The position numbers and the translations under genes were made by a program. Source: Octopus bimaculoides (Eukaryota). From it: 64,000 nucleotides of DNA. The DNA is taken from positions 5,825,984-5,889,983 of the forward strand of contig NC_068991.1 of assembly GCF_001194135.2 (NCBI RefSeq). The letters are read 5' to 3'. Under the pieces are notes generated by a model. It ran no database searches. It saw nothing but the letters and a program-made list of their open reading frames with translations, and had not been told where the DNA came from. The stretch's first letter is position 1. The number at the start of each line of letters is the position of its first letter. Positions 14,017 through 26,738 of this stretch are shown here, piece by piece.

Positions 14017-14563
14017 GCACATGTATGTGTACATGTGTATATATACGTATTAATTCATTAAAAGGTTAGTTTAAATCTTTAATGTAGACTTTTTTCTATT
14101 TATAATTACATTTTCACAATAAAAGCTGTCCTAATTACATTTCTTTTCGTAAATTTAATATAATTTTCTTTATCGCGGCCTTATTGCATTACACTTAGTT
14201 CAAAGCAGCATTCGAATATAAAGAATGATGCCCGTCTATGCTCAAGGGAATGGTCATAATCGATGAAATCGATCCCAATAAATGATTTGTATTTGTTGTA
14301 TTGATACAAGAAAGATGAAAAGTAAAGTCTACGCCGGTGGAGATTTAATTCAGAATGGAGATGGACGAGATTAAAAACTGTGAGTTAAAGTCTGTCGTTC
14401 GACAAACTACCAAGTCAATACCAGGCTTGGATAGCTGTTCATTTGGTAATCGGGTTGTTCTTGTTTCGATCTCTCTGCTCGGCACCTGGGGCTAATGTCT
14501 CCTGGGGGTCGGAGAGTGTCTTGTGTATGAAAGTTGGCAGACGGAAATGACACAGAGACTCGT

Positions 14564-15031
14564 CGCATGTACTTCGCAATCACGTTGTTCGTAGTTCGAT
14601 CTCTCTGCTCGGCGATGCTGAAGTCTATCGTATATACTTCGCAGTCACGACGTTCGTAGTTCGATCTCTCTTCTCAGCAGCATAGAAATCTATCGCATGT
14701 ACTTCGCAGTCACGTTGTTCGTTGTTAGATTTCTTTGCTCAGCAGTACAGAAATATATCGCATGTATACTTCGCAATCACGCTGTTCGTAGTTCGATCTC
14801 TCGGCTTGGTAAAACAGAAATCTATCGCAAGTACTTCGCAATCACGATGTTCGTAGTTCGATCTCTCTGCTCGGCAGCATAGAAATCTTTCACATGTACT
14901 TCGCAGTCACGTTGTTCGTTGTTCGATTTCTTTGCTCGGCAGTACAGAAATCTATCGTATGTATACTTCACAATCACGCTGTTCGTAGTTCAGTCTCTCT
15001 GCTTGGCAGTACAGTAATCTATCGCATGTAC
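14564..15031. repeat. 65-67-bp minisatellite, 7 units, 197-bp higher-order period
   Basis: Unit starts at 14564, 14629, 14694, 14759, 14826, 14891, 14956 (15023). Confidence 0.92.
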
Positions 15032-15316
15032 TGGTGGTGGTGGTGGTGGTGGTGGTGGTGGNNNNNNNNNNNNNNNNNNNNNNNNNNNNNNNNNNNNNNN
15101 NNNNNNNNNNNNNNNNNNNNNNNNNNNNNNNNNNNNNNNNNNNNNNNNNNNNNNNNNNNNNNNNNNNNNNNNNNNNNNNNNNNNNNNNNNNNNNNNNNNN
15201 NNNNNNNNNNNNNNNNNNNNNNNNNNNNNNNNNNNNNNNNNNNNNNNNNNNNNNNNNNNNNNNNNNNNNNNNNNNNNNNNNNNNNNNNNNNNNNNNNNNN
15301 NNNNNNNNNNNNNNNN

Positions 15317-15375
<59 letters not shown>

Positions 15376-15724
15376 TCTCTAGACATATTTTAAAAAATTC
15401 TTAAAGTTTAAGTTTTGATTTCGTTTCGTTTTTCATTTGTTTATCTATTTTATTTTTATTTTTATTTTATTTTTGTTTTATTTTTATTTTATTTATTTAT
15501 TTGTGTCTTTAACATTTGATCAAAGGAAAAGAAAACAAAAAAAACGAAAAGGAAAAAGAAAAAAACTTCACCGTGAACGGGCAGACAAGCAGAAAGTCAG
15601 AAATAATAATGGTCGATGGAAATGATCCATACAAAGGGCAGACGATTTATATTAAGTAAACAACATCAACAACAGCGGCATCGACAACAACAACAACAAC
15701 ACAAACAACAAAAACGACAACAGC

Positions 15725-15755
<31 letters not shown>

Positions 15756-15984
15756 GTTAAATCTTGTGTAAATTCCGCTTGTTTAAGACTGTTCCCGCTC
15801 ATGTGAAATGGAAAGAAGAAGAAAAGCGATTTACAGTTAATTGGATTTTTTGTTCGTTTGCTTTGTTGTTCTTTTCTTGTTGTTGTTGTTGTTGTTGCTG
15901 TTTTGTTTGTTTGTTTTTTCTCCCGGCTATCCAGGCAACACGGTATATGCAGAGTTTTATATAAATGTACAAACATACCCCGTC

Positions 15985-16358
15985 ATCGTCGTTCGTGAGC
16001 ACCGTCATTGCCGTGGTCGTCATCATCGTCGTCGTCATCATCATCATTATCATCCTCATCATCATCCTCATCATCATCATCGTCATCATCCTCATCATCC
16101 TCATCATCATCCTCATCATCATCCTCATCATCATCATCATCATCATCATCCTCATCATCATCCTCATCATCATCCTCATCATTATCCTCATCATCATCAT
16201 CGTCATCATCCTCATCATCATCATCCTCATCATCCTCATCATCATCCTCATCATCATCCTCATCATCATCCTCATCATCATCGTCATCATCATCATCGTC
16301 ATCATCATCATCCTCCTCATCATCATCATCATCGTCATCATCATCATCGTCATCATCA
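15985..16358. repeat. Compound (CAT/CCT/CGT)n trinucleotide array
   Basis: Seen directly; runs into an N gap. Confidence 0.95.
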
Positions 16359-17125
16359 NNNNNNNNNNNNNNNNNNNNNNNNNNNNNNNNNNNNNNNNNN
16401 NNNNNNNNNNNNNNNNNNNNNNNNNNNNNNNNNNNNNNNNNNNNNNNNNNNNNNNNNNNNNNNNNNNNNNNNNNNNNNNNNNNNNNNNNNNNNNNNNNNN
16501 NNNNNNNNNNNNNNNNNNNNNNNNNNNNNNNNNNNNNNNNNNNNNNNNNNNNNNNNNNNNNNNNNNNNNNNNNNNNNNNNNNNNNNNNNNNNNNNNNNNN
16601 NNNNNNNNNNNNNNNNNNNNNNNNNNNNNNNNNNNNNNNNNNNNNNNNNNNNNNNNNNNNNNNNNNNNNNNNNNNNNNNNNNNNNNNNNNNNNNNNNNNN
16701 NNNNNNNNNNNNNNNNNNNNNACGCACACACACACAGCAGATACACTCACACACACATACATACACAGTAGACACGCACTCACACATATACAGTAGACAC
16801 ATACAGTTATACACACTAAATAGCAATAGACAGAAGGCTCAACTAAAATAAAAGACACAACAAAAAATACACACGCACACGCACATACAAACAAACACAC
16901 GCACACACATACACACAGCAAGGACTCAAACATACACACATCCACCTATCAACAGTAATACGACCACAACCAACCCATCAAAGCATACTTAACACGCGCA
17001 CACACATATATATACACATACACCCACACACATACACACGCAAACACACATGCATTTCGGCAACATACATTCTAGTTCCTGCACACACAAAGTTTAAACT
17101 TCACACACACACAAATGAGCATGCA

Positions 17126-17159
<34 letters not shown>

Positions 17160-17604
17160 CATACATACAGACATACAGACATACATACATACATGTTAAT
17201 AATAGCACGTGAAGCAATCTCACATACAGCCGCATACACGTTCACAAGCACATACACAAGTGCACACGTAATAGTTACACGAAAATTACCTCCCCTGGTG
17301 CTCTTGTACGTATGACACCTCAGTCCTTCTGGTTCACTGCCGGTCATTCGACCGTTATTTCCAACATAAATTGAAACAAAACAACGCCTGATTCTTTCTT
17401 TCTCCCATTTTCTTTCCTTCCTGTACACTTCTTCTCTACATAACATCCTAACTTTTGCAGAAAAGCTCCAACTCGAAAAATCAAAGCGCCATCTTTGGAC
17501 TATTTCATTAACCGTTAGATTAATAATTACACCGTGTTTTCACTGCCTTTTGTGTTCTTATTTTCACCGTAATTTTGAATGTGTGTGTGTGTGTGTGCGT
17601 ACGT

Positions 17605-17637
<33 letters not shown>

Positions 17638-18649
17638 CGTATGACGAGGCGTAGCCTACTGGTTAGGACGTTCCACTCACGATCGCATGAGCGTGATTTC
17701 GATTCCCCAGACAGTCGGTGCGTTGTGTTCTTGAGCAAGACATTTCATTTCATGTTGCTCCAGTACACACAACTATAAGCGGGTTACTCTGCGACGGACT
17801 GGGTTCCCGTTCGGTGAGAACGTTTGACTACCCGCCAATCAAGTGCGGTGGCTTCATTCAAAAGCCACAATAATGTGAAGAAGCGCATTGTAACCAGTGA
17901 CGCGTAACAACATCCGAGTATCAGGTCGATACAATGATATACGTATTGATCTGTATTGTTATTATTATTATTATTATTATATAAAGAATCGAGGTAACTC
18001 CTCCAGAAGATATAGAGTCAAAATTAAAAGAAGAGTGCCATTGTCTTCTACTGAACGATATTTCGACATCTTGTGTATCTTCAACGGGTTCAAAAAATAA
18101 TTTTGTCAATCTACTTCATTTTGGTTAATACATAAAAGATTGAGGTAACTCCTCTAGAAGATATAGAGTCAAAATTATATACACGTCACTGGTTACAATA
18201 CGCTTCTTCAACTAGAACATGTTGAAGAGACACGAGATGTCGAAATATCGTTCACTAGATGACAATGGTGCTATTATTGAATTCATTTAGACACCTGTTT
18301 TGACAATATAGCATGTTCTCAGAATTCATTATTATTATTATTATTATTCACTTAGATCTTATTTATATATATATATATATATATATATNNNNNNNNNNNN
18401 NNNNNNNNNNNNNNNNNNNNNNNNNNNNNNNNNNNNNNNNNNNNNNNNNNNNNNNNNNNNNNNNNNNNNNNNNNNNNNNNNNNNNNNNNNNNNNNNNNNN
18501 NNNNNNNNNNNNNNNNNNNNNNNNNNNNNNNNNNNNNNNNNNNNNNNNNNNNNNNNNNNNNNNNAGAGGGAGAGAGAAAGAGAGAGAGGGGGGAGGCACA
18601 TGCGTGGCTGTGTAGTATGAAGTTTGCTTCGTACTGCTCACCTTCGTTT

Positions 18650-18913
18650 CCAATCAACAGAACAACCTGCTCGTGAAATTAACACAGACACGTGTACCCT
18701 TAACGTAGTTCTCGGGGTGATTCAGCGTGACACAGAGTGTGACAAGGCTGACCCTTTGAATTACAGGCACAACAGAAACAGGAAGTAAGAGTGAGAGAAA
18801 GTTGTGGTGAAATAGTACAGCAGTGGAGTTTTAAGTGCTTTCCCTCAATAATCGAAACCGCGATCCTATGAGCGCGAGTCCGCTGCCCTAACCACTGGGC
18901 CATTGCGCCTCCA
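18650..18913 (-). mobile_element. tRNA(Arg)-like-head SINE
   Basis: Head GGAGGCGCAATGGCCCAGTGGTTAGGGCAGCGGACTCGCG..GGTTTCGATT with A/B boxes; same head at 55081-55180(+), 47290-47584(-) and 47635-47803(-). Possibly one of the OR1/OR2 octopus SINEs (unverified). Confidence 0.8.
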
Positions 18914-19336
18914 CGAATACTCTACACTATATGTCTAATAAGAGTCGGGTGGTTAAAGAAAGAAACTCACTAACATAATCATCGTAGCTTTTGATCCGTC
19001 TCTTAAAATAAACGATGTCTGAAGGTGATTTTATTGGCAATTAAAACCGTAGATAAAAATATGATGTTTTTGAGGCCTTAACTCATAAATATTTTATACA
19101 TTTTTAACTCCAAGTTTAATTATTTTTAAAGGCTATATTTTTAAAAGTTGTCTCTGTCTTGTTTCAGTCATTAGACTACTGTGGCCATGCTGGTGCACCG
19201 TGCTCGCTTTCCATCCACATGGTTCCGGGTTCATTCCCACTGCATGGCACCTTGCGTGTCTTCTACTATAGCCTCAGGCCGACCAAAGCCTTGAGTGGAT
19301 TTGGTATACGGAAACTGAAAGAAACCCGTTGTATAT

Positions 19337-19380
<44 letters not shown>

Positions 19381-20220
19381 NNNNNNNNNNNNNNNNNNNN
19401 NNNNNNNNNNNNNNNNNNNNNNNNNNNNNNNNNNNNNNNNNNNNNNNNNNNNNNNNNNNNNNNNNNNNNNNNNNNNNNNNNNNNNNNNNNNNNNNNNNNN
19501 NNNNNNNNNNNNNNNNNNNNNNNNNNNNNNNNNNNNNNNNNNNNNNNNNNNNNNNNNNNNNNNNNNNNNNNNNNNNNNNNNNNNNNNNNNNNNNNNNNNN
19601 NNNNNNNNNNNNNNNNNNNNNNNNNNNNNNNNNNNNNNNNNNNNNNNNNNNNNNNNNNNNNNNNNNNNNNNNNNNNNNNNNNNNNNNNNNNNNNNNNNNN
19701 NNNNNNNNNNNNNNNNNNNNNNNNNNNNNNNNNNNNNNNNNNNNNNNNNNNNNNNNNNNNNNNNNNNNNNNNNNNNNNNNNNNNNNNNNNNNNNNNNNNN
19801 NNNNNNNNNNNNNNNNNNNNNNNNNNNNNNNNNNNNNNNNNNNNNNNNNNNNNNNNNNNNNNNNNNNNNNNNNNNNNNNNNNNNNNNNNNNNNNNNNNNN
19901 NNNNNNNNNNNNNNNNNNNNNNNNNNNNNNNNNNNNNNNNNNNNNNNNNNNNNNNNNNNNNNNNNNNNNNNNNNNNNNNNNNNNNNNNNNNNNNNNNNNN
20001 NNNNNNNNNNNNNNNNNNNNNNNNNNNNNNNNNNNNNNNNNNNNNNNNNNNNNNNNNNNNNNNNNNNNNNNNNNNNNNNNNNNNNNNNNNNNNNNNNNNN
20101 NNNNNNNNNNNNNNNNNNNNNNNNNNNNNNNNNNNNNNNNNNNNNNNNNNNNNNNNNNNNNNNNNNNNNNNNNNNNNNNNNNNNNNNNNNNNNNNNNNNN
20201 NNNNNNNNNNNNNNNNNNNN
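19381..20220. other. Assembly gap (largest of many N runs)
   Basis: Other gaps include 7374-7780, 11531-11931, 13234-13982, 29799-30118, 34529-34783, 40639-41089, 44467-44696 and 61019-61581; small exons could be hidden in them. Confidence 0.99.
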
Positions 20221-21590
20221 GGTTTCTGTTCCAAAGATACGATGATGGGGTGGGGGTAGAGATTTGGAAACATTTAGATTAAAAAGTTTTATTTTAAAGA
20301 AAGTCCGCTCGTGAATATTTTGAGACGTGGGATACTTGTGAAATGTGGAAAAATGCCGAAATCAATCCGAGACATTCCGATTTACGCAAGACAGCTATTC
20401 TGAAAGTTTGACAAATATATAATTAAATGCCGTTTCTTTTTGTTTGTTTTGTTTTTTGTTTTGTTTTTTTTTTTTAGAAAATTCGTAATGATAGAGTTTG
20501 TAAAATTTAAATTTGAAAAAATTGTCGAAAATACCGAAAAATCAGGAAAAAATGGGTTGGTAAAATGACTACCTCCAATTGGAACTTCACTAAGTAACGT
20601 TGTGTGCTTCCTTCGATACTTCACTAATTCTAACAAAATTATACTAATTAATATTTATAATAACTGCTATTTTAATGAATGCATGAGTCTGCTGAATCAA
20701 GCCTATATTTAAAGCAAATGTACGAAGACAAATTTGAAAGTTTAATACTGAAAGTTTATAAGCTTTATATAATTTTTGTAAACCAATCTTTACTTAGAAC
20801 AAAAGTCAAAATACCAATTATGGAAGATATGAGGAATTGCTTACTTTTACCTTCAGAATAGGAACTCACTAGGGCGGCTTTTAAGCTAGCTCCTATAGAG
20901 GGCTCTTCATTAGGCCTTGGGCCCAACAATGACACTTCATGCATTTCGCCTGCTAACGTTTCTGCCAGCTTGCTGCGTTGACCAATTTCAAATTTTGGCA
21001 CAAGGCCAGCAATTTCAGAAGAAAAGATAAGTCAGTTATATCGACGCCATTACTTGACTGGTACTTTATCAACCCCCAAAAAAGGACAAAAGGCAAAAGT
21101 TGACCCTAGTAACATTTGAACTCAGACTGTAATAATAACAATTTCTTTATTCAAACAAGGATGATGAATGGGGGTACATTACAAAAATGGATAAGAAAAC
21201 AACAGGGATTTACATAGAATGAGAGACAAAGACCTGATGAAATAACATGCAATACAGAAACAATGGTTGTCTCAATGGCAACTATAACCAATCAAGGAAT
21301 TCTACAGGTCTAAGAATTCCTACCAATTATCAAAGGCAAATGCCCCTCTTTCAGTTGCCGTTTCTGTCCTACAAACGGCCAAATGTTCAGTGAGGGCCCA
21401 TAACCCTAGGCCACACTAACCTGTTATTCTTGTTTAGGCTTTTGTAATTGTACAGTTCTATATTTAAGAGATGAGGAATTATGTACATTATTTACATTTA
21501 ACAAACAAGATGAGGACAAATATCTGTCAAATGTAAATAATGTAGATAATTGTAATTGTGGGGTAGCTATTGGTAGGTTCTTTGGTTCCT

Positions 21591-21623
<33 letters not shown>

Positions 21624-22010
21624 CCACCACAAGTCAAGTTTTGCAGGTCATGAGCAATGATCAACTATGTCCGTTCTTTCATTCTTAGACACCATTGATC
21701 TACAAACCCCACCCCACTCCCTCTAACACCTTTACTTTGCTTGGTAAGATGTTGGAGTTAAGTAAAAACATAGATGTGTTTTTGTTTTTGTGTGTGTATG
21801 TAATGTTCATGCTGGAGCTGTTTCAAGGGAGAGGACATACCAGTAAGGTTTCTTGGGTCTATGATGGTTAAATCCTTTTAAGATATTCCAGCTATGGTTT
21901 AGTTAACAGTTGTTGTTGAATTTATTGTTGTAGTTGGTGCTGACAGCCAACATGGGCCTTCTCTCTCTCTTTTTTTTTGCTGCAGGCAATGGGCTCCTTT
22001 AAAATTGACA

Positions 22011-22360
22011 TTACCCACCATTCTGAACCTTTGGAAATATTACTTCCACCTCAACATCTAATTCGGGTCCAGTTGACAGAATTATCCGCTCGGGAAGATT
22101 TTCCAGTTCCTCCTGTGTGATCCGCATATGTAGTTCCATACCAAACCCCCAAATTGTTCGAGGATATCGATTCAATTCCAGAATCTCCCCTCCTTCGGGC
22201 AACACTGCCGCCACTAACCACAGGATTTCAATTTCTGGTGGCACATGCATCACCTTCACCTTCACTACCTGCTTTTCCATGGTGCAAATATGAGAGCAGA
22301 CTCCTTTACTTTTGCACAAAGTAATGGATGCTCCTTGGTAAAGTTGTTTAAGCTCTTGTT
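22011..22360 (-). mobile_element. Probable LINE ORF1 (gag-like) remnant
   Basis: Non-repetitive ORF VKVMHVPPEIEILWLVAAVL...GFGMELHMRITQEELENLPERIIL resembles ORF1 of octopus Tx1-like elements as I remember them; no database check. Confidence 0.4.
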
Positions 22361-22500
22361 GCTGATGATTGTTGTTGTTGTTGTTGTTGTTAGTGTTGGT
22401 AGCTGTCAGTTGGAGAGTGACTGTTCAAGCAATCTTCTCAGTCACAAATTTATTTGTAGCAACTATGGTTGTATTGGTGCTGTGACCACTATCAATAATG

Positions 22501-22506
22501 TTTATT
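22501..22506 (-). terminator. Candidate polyadenylation signal of ERH
   Basis: First AATAAA I found on the minus strand downstream of the stop codon (about 570 nt). Confidence 0.25.
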
Positions 22507-23077
22507 GCTATTGGTGATGGGGTTTTTTACCCGAAATTTCTGGAGTGCTAATGATATAAGGTTTCTATACCAAAGACAAATAATAATAATAATAATAATA
22601 GTAGTAGTAGTAGTAGTAATTTCATGCAGTGATGTATATACAATAAGTAAAATCAAACTGAGTCCAGTACACTTACTAATTATACAATCAATCCTCTGAC
22701 AAGAAAAGGCTAAGTCAACCTTGGCAAGATTTTGACAGAGATTCAATAATTTCAAGACAGCAACCTAATTATTTTAAAAATATAATACTGACTTCTGCTG
22801 CAAGCATTTGTTGCGTTTTTTTTTTTAAACTTCAGAAACTGTTTATAAATTTCCTGATAAAATGTTTTGTCTGTATATCACAATATTCTAACAATGTTTC
22901 TTTGGAATGAAAGAAGAAAGCTCAGTGCAGAATTTTGTGCTGCAATAATAATGTTGAAGTCACCACTGCATAAATATTAGTGTCCTGCCAAAGTAAGCGG
23001 CGTGTGCATGAGAAAAAACAATTCCTTTTTTTTCTCTCCACTCTCTATCCAGCCGTCTATGTACGTCCACTTTTTCC

Positions 23078-23171
23078 TTATTTTCCAGCTTGTTTTCTCA
23101 ACATATGATAGATACGCTCCTTTAACCAGCTTTGATTGTGAGGGATGTAGGTTTTTGTGCTTTTCTGAAAT
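23078..23171 (-). CDS. ERH: Enhancer of rudimentary homolog, last coding exon
   Basis: Acceptor ATATTTTGCAG| then 1 nt + FQKSTKTYIPHNQSWLKERIYHMLRKQAGK* (TAA at 23080-23078). Aligns by eye to the ERH C-terminus (human [28 protein letters not shown], from memory). Phase matches the preceding exon. Confidence 0.96.
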
Positions 23172-26028
23172 CTGCAAAATATTTTTAAAAAGGGGGAGAA
23201 AATAACAATGACAAAATATAAAAGCAAAAAGAATTTGGATGAGAGATAATAAATTTTATACCATCATATTAACATTTCTGTAATCGACTAGCCCCTAATT
23301 TCAAGGCCTTCGGTAGAAAGGACTATTATTGTTGTTATCTTTGTGGTTCTTCAACATGTTTCTTGAAAATACATCGGAAAGGAATATTTAATATGTTGTT
23401 CTTCGGGTGTCGCAGCTAGACAGATTAGGGATAACCAAATTAAGAATCCACACACTAACCATATAACACGACGCAAATTGAAGAGTTGCCTTCCTTGGAA
23501 AATAATGGTTAATAAAGTTACCTCCCTTAGATTTAACGGACGCACGTAATCGAAAAATTCTTCGTGGTCGTTCGATCAGCTAAAGATAATACCTTTTAAT
23601 CGCTATAAGTTTCGACCTCCAAAGGAGCCAGCCTTGTCACATTGTGTATCAATGCTGAATCTCCTCGAGAACAATGTTAAGGATATGTGTGTCTGCTCAT
23701 CACGTTTATTTGACGAGAAAACCGTTGTGAGTTATGACGAGTAAGCCGTTGTGACGAGTGAGTTATGTGTCCACACACACACACACACACCAAACCAACA
23801 CTGTTCGTCAGTGTAGGTACACACACACACAAAAACGATGGGCTTCTTTCAGTTTCTATCTACCAAATCCATCCACACGGCTTTAGTCGACCAGGAGCTA
23901 TAGTAGGAGGCAGTTGGCCAAGGTGCCATGCTGTGAGAATGAACCTATAACCATATGGTTGAAAAGCAAACTTCTTAACCACACAGCCATGCAGGCGCCT
24001 AAATTCGGGAGTTGTCTACCTTAGCATGTATATTCAAAGGAGTTGCTTCCCATTGAAGAAATAATTTCACACAGTGAGCGCTATCGTATAGAGCCAGGTC
24101 AGGCTCTAAACGAGAGGTTCTCAAACTTTTTGGGTCACCGCCCCTCATGGCTACATAATACCCTCAGCGCCCTCACCCCTATTTTTATGTATAAATAAAT
24201 ATTTTATATTTTATTAATTTATATATACTATGAATCATTTTATCATCATCATTTAACGTCCGCTTTCCATGCTAGCATGGGTTGGACGATTTGACTGAGG
24301 ACTGGCGAATCAGATGATTACACCAGGCTCCAATGTGATCTGGCAGAGTTTCTACAGCTGGATGCCCTTCCTAACGCCAACCACTCCAAGAGTGTAGTGG
24401 GTGCTTTTTAGGTGCCACCGGCACGAGGACCAGTCCAGCGGCACTGGCAACGACCTCNNNNNNNNNNNNNNNNNNNNNNNNNNNNNNNNNNNNNNNNNNN
24501 NNNNNNNNNNNNNNNNNNNNNNNNNNNNNNNNNNNNNNNNNNNNNNNNNNNNNNNNNNNNNNNNNNNNNNNNNNNNNNNNNNNNNNNNNNNNNNNNNNNN
24601 NNNNNNNNNNNNNNNNNNNNNNNNNNNNNNNNNNNNNNNNNNNNNNNNNNNNNNNNNNNNNNNNNNNNNNNNNNNNNNNNNNNNNNNNNNNNNNNNNNNN
24701 NNNNNNNNNNNNNNNNNNNNNNNNNNNNNNNNNNNNNNNNNNNNNNNNNNNNNNNNNNNNNNNNNNNNNNNNNNNNNNNNNNNNNNNNNNNNNNNNNNNN
24801 NNNNNNNNNNNNNNNNNNNNNTAAAGTCAGTCACTACATCAAAGTGGCTGCTCCATGCTACTACTAGTTTAACCCCAGGCAGACTTTCTGCCAGCTGGTC
24901 ATCGGTGCGACACTGCACCCGTTATATACAATATATGTTGTTAGCAGGAGGACTGAGCCCCTACCAACCTCGAGCAGGTAACAGGATCATGAAATTGACT
25001 CAGATTCAAGCTATTTGGCTCATCCTCAGTCACAAGCCTCTGTCTGCCAGAACGATAGCCAGCGTTTGTTTCAGCCAACAATATATTGTAAACAAAGTGA
25101 CCATCGGTCACTAATTTGCAACAAGCAAAGTAGTCTGACTGGCTATTGCAAGCAAATGTAAACATTGAGAAAAAAAAACGCATTTTGCCAAATTTGGACA
25201 TCCGACAGTTTAACATAACAACGATATAAGTGTGTGTGTGTCTGCGTGTGTGTGCGCGCGTGCGCGCGTGGGCACTTATTTTCTTCCTAATTCTTTTAAT
25301 TGTTCTATCGTATAATGGAGGAGTTCTCTCCCTTCCATTAAACTGGTTACTGTGTTGGTGCATAAAATCTTTGGAATATGGATTTATTACTTCTTAAGAC
25401 TCAACGAAATAAAACATTGACAAATTCAATCAGCTTCGACCTCCTCACAATTCAAACACGAGTCAAAAACACTGACAACTAATTTTCTTCCCAGTATTCT
25501 TATTTTCTAAGGCGGTGAGCTGGCAGAATCGTTAACAAACCGGGGGAAATGCCTAGCAGTATTTATAACTCATTTATAACCCCCATACGTTGCCTAGATA
25601 AACGTACACACAGACACATCCACGAATGCCTGTAAACATGCATGCATTCATCCATAAAGGAGCACTCCGTCGGTTACGACGACGAGGGTCCCAGCTGATC
25701 TGATCAACAGAACAGCTTGCTCATGAAATTAACATGCAAATGGCTGAGCACTCCACAGACACGTGTACCCTTAACGTAGTTCTCAGGGAGATTCAGCATG
25801 ACACAGAGTGTGACAAGGCCAGCCCTTTGAAATACAGGTACTACTCATTTTTGCCAGCTGAGTGGACTGGAGCAATGTGAAATAAAGTGTCTTGCTCAAG
25901 GACACAACACATCGCCGGGAATTGAACTCACGACTTTACAATTGCAAGCCAAATGCCCCTAACCACTAAGCCACACACCTTCACCATTCATATAGATGGA
26001 CAGACAGATTAGATAGAAGGCTACTTAC

Positions 26029-26149
26029 ACCAGGCAGTTGATGTCATTTAAGCGATCGATGAAGTCAAATAATTGGTTAATATCATAAATCACAGTGGGA
26101 GAGTTTGGGTTTTTCCGCTTCAAATGCTCCTCGTAAATTTTACAAACAC
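26029..26149 (-). CDS. ERH: Enhancer of rudimentary homolog, internal exon (121 nt)
   Basis: TTTTGAAAG| ... |GTAAGT; encodes (G)[39 protein letters not shown](V), the ERH core. Confidence 0.97.
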
Positions 26150-26304
26150 CTTTCAAAAGATTAAAGAGAAAAAAAAAAAGAAAGAAAAGAACATGGATTC
26201 AGTTTTGATTTGTATTTCTGAAACAAGACTAAATTGGAGAAATAATTTGTAAATGACAATATTCAAAAACAAAAAAAAAACAAAAAAAAAAATCATTAAC
26301 TAAC

Positions 26305-26392
26305 CTTCTAGACATTCACCAAGACTATCATAATCTGAATATGTTCGAGTATCTGGGCTCGACTGAACTTGTACAAGCAAGATGGTATGTGA
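26305..26392 (-). CDS. ERH: Enhancer of rudimentary homolog, exon of 88 nt
   Basis: Polypyrimidine tract + CCATAG| ... |GTTAGT; encodes [29 protein letters not shown](G), phase 0 start. SHTILLVQ is the ERH N-terminal signature. Confidence 0.97.
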
Positions 26393-26674
26393 CTATGGAG
26401 GGGAAAAGAGAGAAAGAAAGAGACACTATGGTTTCAATTATATTTGGATTATGTTGACAGTTGTATTGAACAGACAAAGGTCAGTGAAGCACCAAAATTT
26501 GTCTTTGTGCAAATATGGCTGGAATAAAGCTCGCTTTTTCTATTATGTATATTTTTGTTTTGTTTTCTGTAAGGGTGAAGCAATAGTGTCGTTGGTTACA
26601 GGTTCCCAACAGATCCATCACTGGTTCACTGCATTTCTGAAGAGGAGAGCGGCAAGGGAGTGTCTATAACTTGA

Positions 26675-26738
26675 TGCAGAACTAATATCTCAAGAGACTC
26701 AGTGCAGAACTAATATCTCAAGAGACTCAGTGCAGAAC
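26675..26738. repeat. 28-bp perfect tandem duplication
   Basis: TGCAGAACTAATATCTCAAGAGACTCAG x2.3. Confidence 0.9.

Noticed and set aside
14564-15031. CRISPR-like regular array
   Set aside because: Units are wholly repeated with no unique spacers, there are no cas genes, and the context is eukaryotic.
144-20282. Long ORFs in the supplied track (poly-YI, -HT, -S, -H, -L, -X) here and throughout the window
   Set aside because: They are translations of di-, tri- and tetranucleotide microsatellites or N gaps, not genes.
20574-20630. Minus-strand 57-nt exon-like ELVKYRRKHTTLLSEVPIG
   Set aside because: Weak donor, downstream of the ERH stop, and no linked exons found.
26312-26384. Apparent plus-strand exon (TTCTAG|...|GTATGT) encoding [23 protein letters not shown]
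   Set aside because: It is the antisense of ERH exon 26392-26305; the minus reading has clear homology and compatible phases.
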